Shown piece by piece: positions 1 to 14,833 of a stretch of DNA of 64,000 nt. The notes beneath the pieces are model-generated. The model was not told the DNA's origin and made no database searches. It saw nothing but the letters and a program-made list of their open reading frames with translations. This DNA is from the human T2T-CHM13v2.0 reference genome, Homo sapiens: NCBI RefSeq assembly GCF_009914755.1, contig NC_060940.1; one strand, written 5' to 3'. Position 1 is the stretch's first letter. Each line of letters begins with the position of its first letter. A program made the position numbers and the translations under genes.

Positions 1-924
1 CCCCAGTACACCTGCCTCCAATGAAGCCAACTCTCAGGCTCTAGAAGTCTCTGCCTTGGGATGGATTCACCAGTGTGCTTCTCAGGCTGGCCAGTGTGGA
101 AGCAGCCTTGCTGTATTTCATCCTTTAAAAATACAGCCTGCTTGCCATCTCACGACTTTTCCCTTAATGCAACAAAGAAATATGTGTTTGGCTGTGAAAT
201 CTTTTTTTTTTTTTTTTTTTGTTTTTTTGCTGTGGAGCGCAAAATGTTCATTTATCTCTGGATGGTTTGTTTCTGGCCACCTGCCCTAAGTGTATCTGAA
301 TATTGTAACGGTGATCACTTCTTGAGTCTTGGTCATTACGAAGTGACATTTGGCATGAATTTGCTCATCACCACAGAGGGCCCCAGGGACCCACTTGGGA
401 GAAGGTGAGTTATAGCCCACAAGATAACATTTCTCCTGGTGACTGTCCTGAAAGCCTACTTTGGGCCACCACATCAGTGTGTTGGGAGATGAGTTAAGAG
501 GTTTTATTCTTATACATGCGGAAGAATTATGCCTTCTTGAGCCATGCTCAGGAGATGTCAGCCTTTTCCATTGTCTCCCCGCCCCCACCGCCAGCCCTGC
601 TTAAATTATCCCCTCTTTTTAAACAAAATATCCTAATCTTGGAAGTGGCATATCATGTTCCTTCTTTTTTAAGAGAGAAGGAGAAATTCCTGCAGATCAT
701 CAGGGACTGAGGCTAACTGAAGCTTTGGAATGGATACAGTGCTACTCTCAGCTGAAAGCACAAATCACTTCCATCACGTATATGAGATTCCTCTTGCAGC
801 ACTGCAGAGGGGTGATAAGCAAGAGTTGATCGATGACAGAACACCCACCCAATTTCTTGACTCATTCTTCAACGGGCAGGGTCTATACATGTGGTATGGC
901 TGCAATGTTTGTTGATAACCCCTA

Positions 925-1555
<631 letters not shown>

Positions 1556-1604
1556 TCATGATGAAAAGTTGGGTTGCTTTCATATTTAGAAATATCTTGG
1601 AACG

Positions 1605-1909
<305 letters not shown>

Positions 1910-2074
1910 ACGAATATCTTTTTTTGTCAGCTCCATGAGGGCACAAAGTTGTATCAGCTTTTTTTTTTCACAGCTGTGTCTTCATCCTAAAATAGTTTCT
2001 AGCACAGAACAGGACTCAGTAAGTTATTTGTCAAGTAAATAGACTCCTTAATAAATTGTCTATCCTGTATCCAG

Positions 2075-2260
2075 TACAATGCTTGGCCTAATATACATCC
2101 AGTTTCATTTAATCCTCAAAACACATTGATGAAGTGGGTGTTAATCCCTATTTTACAGATGTGGGAATTGAGGTGTAGAGCTGTTGAAGAACTTGCCCAG
2201 GGTTGCAGAGCTCTTTCACAGGGGCAGAGCATGGGCTGAACACCAGACCTGTCTCACACT
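2075..2260 (-). mobile_element. MIR
   Basis: catttaatcctc...cctattttacagatgtgggaattgagg...acttgcccagggt core. Confidence 0.7.
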
Positions 2261-2302
2261 AAAGGTGAAACAATTTCCCCTGCATCAAACTGTCTCTGAT
2301 AT

Positions 2303-2678
2303 GAAGGGTCTACACACTGTGGTTTGAAGGTCAGATGTGGCCTGTCATGTTTTTGTACAGCCCGAGAGCTAAGAATGGTTTTTACATTTGTAATTGTTTG
2401 GGGGAAAAAACCAATAGAATAATGTTTTATTACATGTAAAAATTGTATGAAATTCAAATTTCAGTGTTCATAACTAAATTTTAAAAACTTTTATTGAAAT
2501 TCCAGAGAGATCTGAAGTAGTTTTATTGGAACACAGCCCTACACACCTTCATTTATAAGCTATCTGTGGCTACTTTTGCACTATGCCAGCAAAGTTGAGT
2601 AGTTGGGATGGAGACTATATGGCCCATAAAGCCTAAAATACTCTCTGCTCCTTTCCAGAAAGCTTGGCAACCCCTACT
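2303..2678. mobile_element. MER58B-like hAT-Charlie MITE
   Basis: gagctaagaatggtttttacatt...ggcccataaagcctaaaata...ttggcaacccct. Confidence 0.75.
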
Positions 2679-2774
2679 ATCATCTCCACGTCTGCCTTTG
2701 TTCTTCTTATTTGTCCCTTCCCTCTGAAGGCAGGATAGCATAGGGTGACCATAAGACTCTCTGGAACTAGCCTG

Positions 2775-2975
2775 CTTGAGTCTAGTCTTGGCTCTGTGCT
2801 GACTACCTGTAGGGATGTAGGTGAGCTTTTTTATTTTTCTCAACCTCAGATTCCTCATCAAATGGAAGAAATAATGAGTATCCACTACCTTGGGTTGTAT
2901 GGAATGAACCAAGTTAACTTAGCTAAACTCATCGCTTCCAACATCGCCTCCTATGTAATAAGTGCTTGATAAATG
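2775..2975 (+). mobile_element. MIR
   Basis: ctcaacctcagattcctcatcaaatgg...taagtgcttgataaatg. Confidence 0.6.
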
Positions 2976-2990
2976 CAAGTTCTATTCTTC

Positions 2991-2992
<2 letters not shown>

Positions 2993-3061
<69 letters not shown>

Positions 3062-3080
3062 CCTCTCTCCCCCTCTCTCT
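2993..3080. repeat. (TC)n microsatellite
   Basis: About 30 uninterrupted TC units plus a degenerate tail. Confidence 0.98.
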
Positions 3081-3085
3081 CATAG

Positions 3086-3438
3086 TGATATGGTTTGGCT
3101 GTGTCCCCATCCAAATCTCAACTTGAATTGCATCTCCCAGAATTCCCATGTGTTGTGGGAGGGACCCAAGGTGAGGTAACTGAATCATGGGCCCCAGTCT
3201 TTCCCATGCTATTCTCATGATAGTGAATAAGTCTCACAAGATCTGATGGGTTTATCAGAGGGTTTTGCTTTTGCTTCTTCCTCATTTTCTCTTGCCACCA
3301 GCATGTAAGAAGTGCCTTTGCCTCCTGCCATGATTCTGAGGCCTCCTCAGCCATGTGGAACTGTAAGTCCAATTAAATCTCTTTTTCTTCCATGTCTTGG
3401 GTATGTCTTTTTCAACAGTGTGAAAATGAACTAATACA
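3086..3438 (+). mobile_element. THE1 solo LTR (MaLR)
   Basis: tgatatggtttggctgtgtcccc...gaactaataca; perfect 5-bp TSD CATAG at 3081-3085 and 3439-3443. Confidence 0.93.
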
Positions 3439-3987
3439 CATAGACACATACACACATGTACCCACACACACGTAATTTTTGTATCTAAGAAAGGGGAGAA
3501 ATACTTTTTAGTTGTTCTTTCTGCTTCATTTATGTGTGGAGTGCTTAATGTGGTCACACGGATATTAATTGCATGTTTTCTTGTTTTATAATTAAGAAAT
3601 AAAAATGAATCACTCTGACTTTTCGCTTCATTTTCTGCATTTGCACAATTTGGATATTTTATTTTGTAGTCTATTAAAATGTGAAAGTCAGTGTAAAGTG
3701 TCAGTAGCTTTCATGAGTGTTCTTAAAGGAAGGCCATCTGATTGGAATGCATTGTATCTGTCCTTCCCTCTTGCTGGGGTCAGCCCAGGACTCGAGGGGA
3801 ATGAGCCCCTGAGGAAGGCTCAGTCCTTGGCAGCGAAATCCAGGCATGGAAACCAAGCCTGAGACATGAGCTGCAGGACATCTGACACTGTCTTTTAAGA
3901 GACCTGCCTGTGAGGTCCTCATCCTGCTCCCTACACTGCTTCAGATCCACTTGTCCACTTGTAGTGAGGGATAGTATCTGTTCCACC

Positions 3988-4018
<31 letters not shown>

Positions 4019-4348
4019 GAGGCAGGGTCTCACTCTCATTGCCCAGGCTCATCTCTGCCTGCCGGGTTCAAGTGATTCTCCTTCTTCAGCCTCCCAGGAG
4101 TGCCATGGTGCAATCTCAAGTCACTGCAGCCTTGACTTTCCAGGCTCAAGTGATCCTCCCACCTCAGCCTCCTGAGTAGCTGGGACTATAGGTGCGTGCC
4201 CCCACGCCTGGCTAAGTTTTTGTACTTTTAGTAGAGACAGGGTTTTGCCATGTTGCCCAGGCTCATCTCGAACCCCTTGACTCAAGCGATCTGCCTGCCT
4301 TGTCATCCCAAAGTGCTAGGATTACAGGCGTGAGCCGCCGTGTCTGGC
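3988..4348 (-). mobile_element. AluJ-like with (TGAT)n tail and a 47-nt internal insertion
   Basis: J-type ggctcaagtgatcctcccacc; extra segment 4050-4096. Confidence 0.92.
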
Positions 4349-6436
4349 TTGCTCCACGATTTTCCTCTATGAATTCCACCTTTCCCATGGTGGGACCAAG
4401 GCTGGAAGTACTTCACAAAGGCTCCATTTGAAAAGTGGCTACAAATAAAAGGGAAAATATAGTATTCCTTAAAAAAAAAGTAGCATTCTATTTTTCCCCA
4501 TTGGTAAGTAGTACAAATTTGAGAAAGTGTAAATTTGAATTCCTTAATAATCAGATCTCTGCAATGTGTTTTGCTTTTATCATCCTGGGTTGCCATCTTG
4601 GCCAAGTGTAGATTATTCTGCTCAGGGTAGCCATACTGAGATCCTGGTGTGCACAGGAAAAGAGCTAACCTTTGTGGATGAAATTGTAGAGTCACTACCT
4701 GCATTTGCTGTAGCTCTTACAATTATTTTATTTTTGGAAGACATCGAGAGCATGGTCCAAAGCTGCATAGGTTGCAAGTGGGTAGAGGCAGAATTTCTCT
4801 CCAGGCCTGGTGGATTCTAAAGCTGTTTACTCTTCACCCACCATTTCCTAGGTCTGGTTTCTTGGTTAAATACGTGGAAGAGTGGATGGACAGAAAGACA
4901 GATTGATCAGTTCTCCACAGGCTTCCCCAAACTGGCCAGGTAGAAATAAGCTAAGCAAATAAATGACTTCCCCATTTTATAATTTTCTGCAAGTCACATA
5001 AGCCTTCATGTTGTTTATTTCTTGGTTTTAGATTTTTTTAATTATAAAAGAACATTATTATACATTATTTGAATAATTTTTTAAAATTATAGAGCTGTCT
5101 AAAGGAGGCATTAAAAAAACCCTTTCTATTCCTTCATCTAATTCTATCCCTCTGAGGCAACCATGATTAGTATTTTGTACTTCTTGTACATCCTCCTTCA
5201 TGTTAATATAGATGTACACATATATAAGATTTTGTTCTCATTTTCTGAAATAAGTGGACACATACTCCACCATCCCCAGGTAGTGTACAGTGTGTGCCCT
5301 TTCAGGCTAGTATGTACAGCTTTAAATCATTCCTTTACAGAGCTGTGTAATATTCCACAACCCAGAGGAGCAGCTTGAAGCCAGCTAAAGTATGTATATC
5401 CAAGTGGAATTAAGAGCTTCATGCGTAGTTTCTTGATTTTGATTAAGAATCTTTCTTAATAGATATGTCAGACGTGACTTTATGCTGCAAGACATAGCAT
5501 AGGTAGAAATTTTTATGTCACAGGTGGGCCTAATTAACCTTGATTAATGTTCTGCAAACCCGGATAGACTGGAGACTCAGAAAGGGACGCAAAAGCTAGT
5601 CTGGTTCCCATGTTAGTCCCTGCTCTGTGAGCAGCTGCCACACAGTCATGCTGATGGCTCCTGCAGCAGCCATTCTGGTTTGACTGTGCTCGTGCTGCCC
5701 TGTGACATATTGTTTAACACAGTGAGTTATGACACAGGGAGCGAAATCAAGACTTCAGCCACCGATTTAACAAACTGGTGACTCGGAGATCAGCAGTCCG
5801 GCATTGCCATCCTCATCAAAAGCTCTATCTTTATCTAAAATTTATTAGCCAACTTCAAACCTGTTTGCCAGCTCACTAATGGAAGCCTTTTGAATCAATT
5901 TGCTCCTCTAATTTAAACAGCATTTCAATGTATATTGTCGAAGCAGAAAGGAGTTGCAGCTTCTGGCCAGTAGAATTAATTATTTATTATCCTTTTCATA
6001 AATACTTTCCGAGGCCGACATAACTGAAAATTGCTCAGGCTGTTTGAAAACACACACACACAGTTTTCCAGTGGCTAATTTGAAAAATGTCACCGTATTA
6101 GTTTTCATTTACATCTGTCAGGAAACATATCTATACATAAGGAAGTTTTTTTTTTTTTTTTTTACTTTCACCAGGTATTTTTTTGTGGAGTATGCATTTA
6201 ATTCACATTTACAAATTGGTTTCTGTTTTTAACTAAAGATACTTTTTCAGCAGAAATGATGTGTATGATGTCATATCTAACTTTTGATCTCACTGGTATT
6301 TGATGTTAAGCCTCAAAATCATCAAATTTTTTTTACGGCACTGAAAAAAATACATAAATCTGCTTGATTGGTTCATAGAAAAAGACCCCTGTGATTAAGG
6401 TAATGCTAGTTTTTGCATTTTCTCCTAGCTGTCATT

Positions 6437-6939
6437 GGTTGGACACAGTGATCCTCGGGTCTCTTGTGTTTTCACATGTCTTGGGAACAGAAGTGCTGGC
6501 AGCTTTGGTTTCAGGCCATCTTTCCAAGGAACGTTGTCTAGCAAAGAAACTTGCAAGGTACAGATAGTGTCTCCCTCAGGAGCAGAGGACAGGATGGCTT
6601 TCTTTCCAGTATAATAAAGACAGTGCCTCCTTCCAGGACAACGGTTTGGCAGATTTGCTTGATAAAGGTTGGGGTTTCTAAGCTTGGGGCTCCTCAGCCA
6701 TGACTGAAACGTACTATGAGCACGGCATCTACCGGGCTGTTCCACATCCTCCCTGTGGGACTAGGGGCCAGGGCAATGGGAATCAGTGCAGAAATAAAGC
6801 TCATGCTGTTTGCTCTGCCATGAGTAACGAAGTCCTCTGTATCTGATCCTGGGTCTCCTGTTTTCTGCTAGCTTCCTCAAAACTTGGTAGCTAACTCATT
6901 AACTTACAAGGAAGAGGGTGAACGTGTAGACCCTTCACA
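6437..6939 (+). mobile_element. ERVL-type solo LTR (LTR40-like)
   Basis: gggtctcttgtgttttcacatgtcttg...agatagtgtctccctc...ctaagcttggggctcctcagc...agacccttcaca. Confidence 0.6.
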
Positions 6940-6984
6940 GTTTGAAAAATCACCTGATCAATAACTGAGATTATGAAAAGGTAG

Positions 6985-7165
6985 GAATGAACCAATTATG
7001 GCCCAAAGGCTAACTCCAGCCAGTAGCCTTTTATTTATGACCCGTTAAAAAAAACAAAAATGAACAAAAAATCCAAAGAAGGCTGTGTGCCAGAGACGAT
7101 ACGTGGCCCGAAGATGAAGGTACTTAACTATCTGGCCCTTCACAGAGAAAATGTGTCAACCCTTT
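6985..7165. mobile_element. MER58-like fragment
   Basis: tatggcccaaaggc...cagagacgatacgtggccc...tatctggcccttcacagagaaa. Confidence 0.55.
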
Positions 7166-8294
7166 CCTGTTTGCGTTCAGGTCAAATAGTTGCATTGAAA
7201 GGCCTCATCTTACAAATGAATCAATATTTAGTGGTTTGAAAATATGTTGTTTAATTTGGGGCGATTCAATATCAAATTAAGATTTTTAGGTTTATTTATC
7301 GATCTTTAGAATTACATCAACATTAAGCTAATTACTTTAAATTGTGTTTTTAAGTAACCAAGAATACATCTGTGGACGCTGTTCTGTGCCATCTTGAGTC
7401 ACGTTTTTAAAACAATTACCTTTGATGATTTCGTATGTTATCCCATTCACAGATGGTTTTTTTCGTCCACCTGAGTTTCAAATCTGTTGTAGTCCTGGAA
7501 ATTTTGCTTAGGTTGAAGGAATGAGTGCGTGTATCTTGTCAAAGGAAATCACAAGCCCATGTAAACTCGCTCTTGCTTCCGTCACCTCGTGCTTTGAAAC
7601 ATAACCACAGTGTGCTGAGGTTTCACATTGTTACATCCTACAAGCGTGCTTACCTGCATCACCTTGCTGGGCTGTTTCAGCATTGGAATATCACTGGGAA
7701 TCTCAAGTTCCCAGGAGCCAACCACGAGAGCTTCACAGCTCAGAATTTTCAAGATGTGGATGTAGGCAGGGAGCCTATGTAGTAATTCAAGTAAGCATCT
7801 CTTCTTCTTGTTTTCCTTATAGGATGATAGAAGGTCAGTGCTTGTTCACCCCAGTGAGGTGGAGCCTCTGAGGTGGGAGGTTTTCTCTCATCCTTGAGTT
7901 TATCTTTACTTCCTGGTCATTATGCAAGTTAATTTTTCTAGCAGTGAAAACAGTCACATGGGACTCTGCCCAGCGAGGGCGTTGGGAGGCCTGGCGGAGA
8001 AGCAGTTGTAGCATCGTCCAGCCTTCTCTACCTAACAAGGGAATATGTGAGGTAGGGTAGGACATTTTGGTAGCAGTCACACAGCCCAAAGAGCATGGTG
8101 AATTTAATTAGTCTGCCACACCTGTATGGCCTTACGTTTTCCGGGATAACTTAACAAGCATTGTGTGCAGCCAGGTCAGGCAGATGGAGGTTCTAATCCA
8201 GGCTGCACACCTCATCAGCCAGGAGACTACAGATAAGTCAGCCAAACTTTTGGAGTAACAAGTAGCTCATCTGTAAAACGTGGATGTTCCAATT

Positions 8295-8820
8295 TATGTA
8301 TAGCCGCATAATACATTACCCCAAAACTTAGAGGCTTAAAACAACAACCATTTTGTTTTATCTTGTGATTTCTGTAAGTTGGGGCTCAGTGGAGTGACTC
8401 TTCTGCCCCTTGTGGTGTTGACTGGGGTCAGTCAGTGGTGCTATGCTGGAGGATGAATTGGACTGGCACTTCAGCTGGTCCAGGATGGTCACCCATGGGT
8501 CTGGCACTTTCACGAGGATGACTGGGATGCTTGGCTCAGCTGAGGGACTCTTACCCAGAGCCCTACACATGGCCTTTCCTGCATGGCAGATATAGGGCCA
8601 TCAGATTTCTTACATGGTGGCTCAGGGCTCCCAGAGGATTCCAAAAGAAAGTAACAGGAAGCTGCCAGTTTCTTATGGCCTGGCTTAGGGGTTGGCACAG
8701 CATGACTGCTGTGGACTAAGCAGTTACAAAACCCACTCAGATTCAAGGGGAGCAGACATACACCTCACTTTCTTCTGGTAGAAGTGACAAAGAATTTGCA
8801 GCCATCTTTATTCCACCACA
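8295..8820 (-). mobile_element. MLT1 LTR nested in a MIR
   Basis: taccccaaaacttagaggcttaaaacaac...gccatctttattccaccaca; MIR pieces at about 8170-8290 and 8825-8940. Confidence 0.7.
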
Positions 8821-9689
8821 GCAGGTAATAATAGCATCTCCCTCATTACCTATAGAATAACTCCAAACTTTCTGATGATTAAGTGAGATATCATGTAAAG
8901 TACCAAGCACCTTGGATAGGCAATGGGAAATGTTCACAACGTTCCCATTTTTACCTATAACAGCAGTAGCAATAATGCTAATAGTAATGATACTAGTAAT
9001 AAAATCAGGATAATGCTGTTTTTAATTCACCACACTGTATGCCATTTGCTTAAAATCAGAAAGGACTCATCGGTAAGGAGTAGGGTGGTAGTATCATTTT
9101 GGTCTGCCTTTCACCCCCACAAGACAACATCCTTAACAGCAGCTATGTTGAAGGTTTAGGAGTGCTTGTCATTAGGGTCTCATTTCCAAAATCTGGGACA
9201 TAATAATAGATGGTTACTGATTACAGGGATTTTTGTTTGTTTATTTGTTTGTTTGTTTCTTCTTGATAATCTCTTTCATTCATCATTCCTTCATTTCCAC
9301 TCTTCTAATTCTGGGCATTATATCTTTGTCAGAGATAGAGTCTTTTAGCTGTTTCTTCACCTCCCAAATCCTTCTCAAGTCTGTTCTCCGCCTGCTGTGC
9401 CTTCCTATAGTGTAGCTCCAATTGCCTTCATCCTTAGAAGACCTTTAATGATATCCTATGCCAAACTTCCTAGCCTCCACCTGTACCCTGAATTGGCCCT
9501 AGCCTAGTTGTCCAAACTTTATCCCCAGGTGGTTGAACTTTCTAAGTTTCCCCAAGCTGATCAGTGTTTTGGGGTGGTATGGAACTCAGAATAGATCACT
9601 TTTTTTATTGACTAACTCTGACCATAAGTATGCTTCTGTGCGAGCCTGACCTCCACGGTACCAGGCAGAGAACAACATGTATGCAGAGA

Positions 9690-10200
9690 ACTCATTCACT
9701 CAATAAACATTTATTAAATCCAAGCCATGGGGATCCATAGGAGGAATTTAGAGCAGAGTTGTCGAATGGTCAGATTTGCCTTTCAGAAGACCGTTCTGGC
9801 AGCCATGTGAGAAAGGAGGGTGGGGAGACCTGCTGGGAAACAACTCTAGTCACCCAGGCACGAAATGATGAGCCCTTGAGCAAAAGTGATTGCAGTGAGT
9901 ACAGGGAGGAAGAGGAAACATTTTGATAGATACTTGGTAAAATCAACAAGATTTGGCCAACAGCTCTGAAGGGGATGACAGGCGTGGTGAATGGAGAAGG
10001 AAGGACAGAAGGCTAGTTTGGGACTTCTGGCTTGGACAGTGTATTGTGTAGTGGAACCATCGCTGAAGATAGGAGGAGTCCTTTTCAGTCATACTGAATT
10101 CATGACGCCTGTGGGGCACCCAAGTGGAAGTCATCCATTGGCACCTGGATTTAGATCTGGCACTCAGGAGGGATGGACAGGATAGACATTGACCAGACAC
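9690..10200 (-). mobile_element. L2 fragment
   Basis: cattcactcaataaacatttatt 3' end; ttctggcttggacagt...ccaagtggaag. Confidence 0.6.
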
Positions 10201-12399
10201 AATTATATTGGCATATTTGGACTGGAGAACCCAGCATCTGACTTAAAGAGTCTGCTTCTCTTCAAAATTGCTTAGGTGTTTTCAAACTACAAACAAATAC
10301 ACTCCCAAAACCTCAATAGATTCTCCCAGTATACCCTATATTTTGGCCAAACTGGAATCACATCCTGGTCTCCCCAAACACTGCTTGCTTTTTGTTCCTT
10401 TCTTGCTCTTCCTTCTGATTGCAATGAACTCCCCATTTCCAGTCCCCATCCTCCAATCCCTTCATGTCCAGCTCCTGCTCATCCTTTGAAACCCACTGGA
10501 TTTTAAGATTCCATCTGACAAGAATGATCACTGTTCCTTCCAGTTCTTCAAGCACTTTTTCTGTTTTTGATGGGATTTATCACTTGAAAATGCATATTAT
10601 AGTAATTTCTGAATTCATCCTGATTCTCCTACTGGTTTCTAAACTCTTCAGGTTAGAATTCCTGTTGGATATCCCTCTGGCCCGAAATTCCTGAATGAGT
10701 TAAGCAGGACACCTAGAACTATGCAGAGGTAATACCTTCCTTGACCTGTCCCTTTTCTGGGTCAGTTTGCCCTTCATGATTTCGGCAGGAGTGTGTCTCC
10801 TTCCATTCTGGTGAACACATCCAATGTTCAATGTTGCTCATCAGGGTAAGAGTTCTAAGTCCCTATGTCTTAGAGACAGGGGTTATCTAGCTTTGTCTTC
10901 TGCATTGGCTTCAGGCTTCACATCCTTCCTGGACATGTTCAATGCTGCTTTCGTTTCTTGGGCGAGGGCCCTAGAATCACCTTAGACACCTTGCTCTAGA
11001 CATGGCCCCATCGTGGTATTCCCTTTTGAGAAGACAAAGATTTTAAAAATTCTTTCTCCCTTAATGCCTCATGAATGCCCAAGCAGCACTTCATGGAAGT
11101 ACACTGAGTCTCTACTGCTTGCAGGGATTAAACATAACATTCTCAACAGTGGTAAGAGAGCCTTTCCCTTCTCTTTGGCTCGTTTTCAGTTTTTATTAAT
11201 TTCCTGTGCTTCTGGTTCATGAATCCCAAGTCATGATGTGAATCAGTTCAGTTCAGCAAGCACTGAGCTCCCACGATATAACAGGTTTTTTTCTTTTCCG
11301 AGCTGTGGCCCATGCAGAGTTTACTGAGACTTGGCTCTTGCCTTTATGCTTTAAGGATCCTAAAGAGAAGATGTAATTATAAGATCTAAAACGTGGAGGG
11401 GGGTGGTGAATTCAGCCTGCAGGCATGTGTTTGCTGCCCCCACCCCCACATCCCCTTTTTTTAAAGTTCGCATAAAAACCTGGATTCTTGGTTTCTCTTA
11501 AAAAACTGGAAGGTCTGGCACCTTTGCTCCCACATTTCCCGGGCGCAGCCCTTGACTCACCCTGTACGGTGGCCGCCCCAGTTGGATGATGGGGCTTGTG
11601 CCCACCGGGTCAGCTCACACCAACCAGCCCCTATTAATTTATACCTGGCCCGCTTTCCAAATTGACATTACCTGGCTGGTCCGTACGCATCCCCTGCAGT
11701 AACTGGCTTTCTGGAGGTATGTGCTGAGGATCTCTTTGGCTTCTGCATCTCAAAGGATGAGTGATTTAGCCAGGTGGAGAGGTTGGGGCGGTATCCTGAA
11801 TGAAAGAATAGCGCAGACAAAAGTAGTGAGTTGAAAACAGAACAGCATGGCAGGCTCCCAGTAATCCCATGAGTCACGTGTTCTGCCCACATGGAATGGA
11901 TGGTGGAGAAGGGAGGAGGGAGGAGGTTGGGCCAGATTAAGCAGATTGTCCCCATTGGTCCATTTTTAAATCTTCCTTTTGGTATTTGTCCCTTAAGGCA
12001 ACACTTTCAGTCTCAGAAAAAATCCAGTAAAGGGCAAACCAGTTTGGGTGAATTTCTTTGTTTTTGCAGCATGTCTGGTCCCAAAGTGGGACCTGGAGTC
12101 CTTCCGACGAGGAAGTGCAGCCTCTTGTCGAGGAGTGCACTGGGAGGGGAGGCTGGACTTCTGGGCTCTGCTCTGCCTCTAATCTGCTGCCCAGCATCAG
12201 CCTTAGCCCAGACCCCCAAAGTTCCTGGGCTTCATTCTGCTTTGCATTCATCTCAAAGTTAAGCCTTCTGGCTGGCAGGGGTTTCTGAGACAGACTGACA
12301 GTATTAGCGTGCTGCAGTTTCATGATGGCAAGAAGGAGGTTACCAAAGCCGTTTTCATACACCTTAACTCATGAGTGGTAGTGAGTGGCCCCAGGTGGG

Positions 12400-12620
12400 A
12401 AGCACAGGTGATTTGGAGCTGGCTAACCTCCTTCCTTTGGCTCTTACTCTCACCAGCTCTTAGACTTGGGGTAGGTTAGTTAGCTCCTCCCAGCCTCAGT
12501 TTCCCTGTTTGTCAAATGGGGTCATAGAGGGTGAGAATCAGAGTTTATGCAGGGCATAGCACTAGTGTAATGCTGGGCAGAGAGTGAGCATCCAGCAAGT
12601 GGTTTTGACAATGATAATAA
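12400..12620 (+). mobile_element. MIR
   Basis: gcctcagtttccctgtttgtcaaatgggg core. Confidence 0.65.
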
Positions 12621-14794
12621 TTATAACCCAAGCGACACATACAATTTAATCAGGCACTGTGTGTCCACAGCGATGTCAAGGAACAATGCACAAAGCAGAG
12701 TTTTTCCAGTCTCCTGATGTTTGAGCCCTGCGCGAGCCCCACTCTTCTCCCTTTTCTCATAACTGCTGTGAGCAACCTCAAATCCTTCTGGAAGTAGGTT
12801 GGTTATGAATTATGAATAATTAAAGAAATAAACTCTGGCTCTGCAGCTGAAATTGGGATCGCATGGAGAAAATAGAAAGTCCAGTGTTTGTAGCTGTGAT
12901 CTCTCAGTTGCTTGCATGAATTGTGCTTTAAGACTGTAAAATTTTAGCCCATTAAAAATAAAATCTGTTGCTTTCCACCCACACCTGGCAATTTGGTGAG
13001 GGACGGGGGCTAGGATATTTAATGTCTGAAAGTTTTAGGGAGGCTTTTATGAACTGGGCCATCTCTCCTTGTCCCCATTTTTCTTTGCATCTCCGAACTC
13101 TCATTAATTTTTCACAGGCTTGTGATGGATAGTTTTTATTTATTCACGTCTGAGATTCCGTTGTGTGAAAAGGACTCATTTTATAACATTACATATTCAT
13201 GGCTTGGGATGGATGGGATAAGGAACTTATTATTAATGTGTCACTGTGGGAAACTTACTCTAGTTCATTTGCGAACCTTGTTAAATTCGGTGTGGTCAGC
13301 AGACCCGGTGAAGTTTTGGATACATTCTCTTAACAGAGGGCAAAGAGTTTGCTGTTGCTTTTCCTTGATTCAGTAAAACAAGTTTAAATCTTATTTAAAT
13401 CGTTTGAAGTAGCAATTTGAAAGGGGAGGAAAAAAAGGGGGATGGCAGAGATTAAGTAGAGAGAGAAGCTCCGATTTTCTTGTTGAATAGCCGTGTTTCC
13501 TCAGCATTCTGTAGATTTTTGGCCAGGTTTGTGTAAGGGATGAACGACTCTCTATAAAATGATGTAAGGATCCTTTCTTTCCTGCCCATTGCCATTTCTA
13601 GCATTCTCTCCTTGAGGGAAGTTGCAGTTTTCTCCCTCTGTGTATTCATCCTTCTGACCTGTGCTCCGGATTCCAGGGAGTTCTCAATTTGGAGCTCATA
13701 CCGACATCACAGAATTCCTTGCCTGGGACAAATAGAGGGAATATTAACATAGCATCTTGTAAATCAAAGCTGGGCAGGGGGTGGGGGAGGGCACAGTGGG
13801 GAACCTGGCCCAATCTGCTTCAGTGTGAGCTTGGTAAGAAGGAAGCATATGTTGCATTTAGTTCTCTGCAAAGACAGGCGCTGCTCTCTGGCAGGGACAG
13901 CGTGTAGGGTTTGCATGATTTGTGGGGCCGTTTCATGTTTGCACGGTTTGGCTTGGCTTGGGACTCTGCCAGTGGTCACTGCAGTTTAACAAACTCCCCC
14001 CGGGTGTGAAGGAAAGCGAGATAAATGCAGGAAAAAGGATACATTTTGAAATCTGGAAATTTTACATAACAGGCATCAGATTTGAAGAATGTCCAAAATA
14101 TTACGAGTCATAGCACAACCTTTGCTAACACCATGGAAATTTTTAAACATGGAATTTGTTAATGCTGACTTGGCCCACCATGGGGTTAAAAAAAGTGAAT
14201 TTCTTTTTGATAACCAAGGTGATGATCTTATGAAGTTGATGATGGGGTGTGAACGGTGTGAGTGGGGGACAAAGCAATGAAATATCCCTTAAAATGCATC
14301 CTCTGATGATGTTTCCATAATGCCAAACATTTGTTTCTCTCCAGGATCTCATTGGCGGTTTGCTGGTATTATATTGCCATTTATATTGGAAAGGCAGGCA
14401 GTGCGAAAACTGTAGTCTATTAAGAGTTTGTGAGTGTGTGTATGTGTATACAGTGAAATAATATCTAGTGTAATGTGAAGTGACAGTCAAAATTACAGCT
14501 TTTCTCTTGCCGCAAGGGTACTTCTCTGCCAAGTATAGTAATATTGTTGTAGCAGTGTTCAAGGTTGTCAGCAATTCTGGCTTACTCTGCAGAGAGCCAT
14601 AATAGTGTGTGGAAGGAAGGAGCTTCCTGTCAGGGGAAATACTATAATTTTGATATATATTTGTTGGTGCCAAACTGCAATTAAATAGGAGGTGTTGGAA
14701 GAAGGTTTTATTTAACCAGCTTGAATTTGTTAATTAATTAGCAAAAACTTATCTTTGGAATGCTTCAAGAAACAGTTCTATGTTGTTCTCATAA

Positions 14795-14833
14795 CTTAAT
14801 TTTACACAACTGTCTTTTGTTTGTATCTTACAG
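14795..14833 (+). promoter_or_regulatory. WWOX: 3' splice site: branch point, polypyrimidine tract and AG
   Basis: CTTAAT (yUnAy) at 14795-14800, T-rich tract, CAG at 14831-14833. Confidence 0.8.

Noticed and set aside
14143-14673. 176-aa minus-strand ORF near the WWOX exon
   Set aside because: Non-ATG start, no recognisable domain, no splice support.
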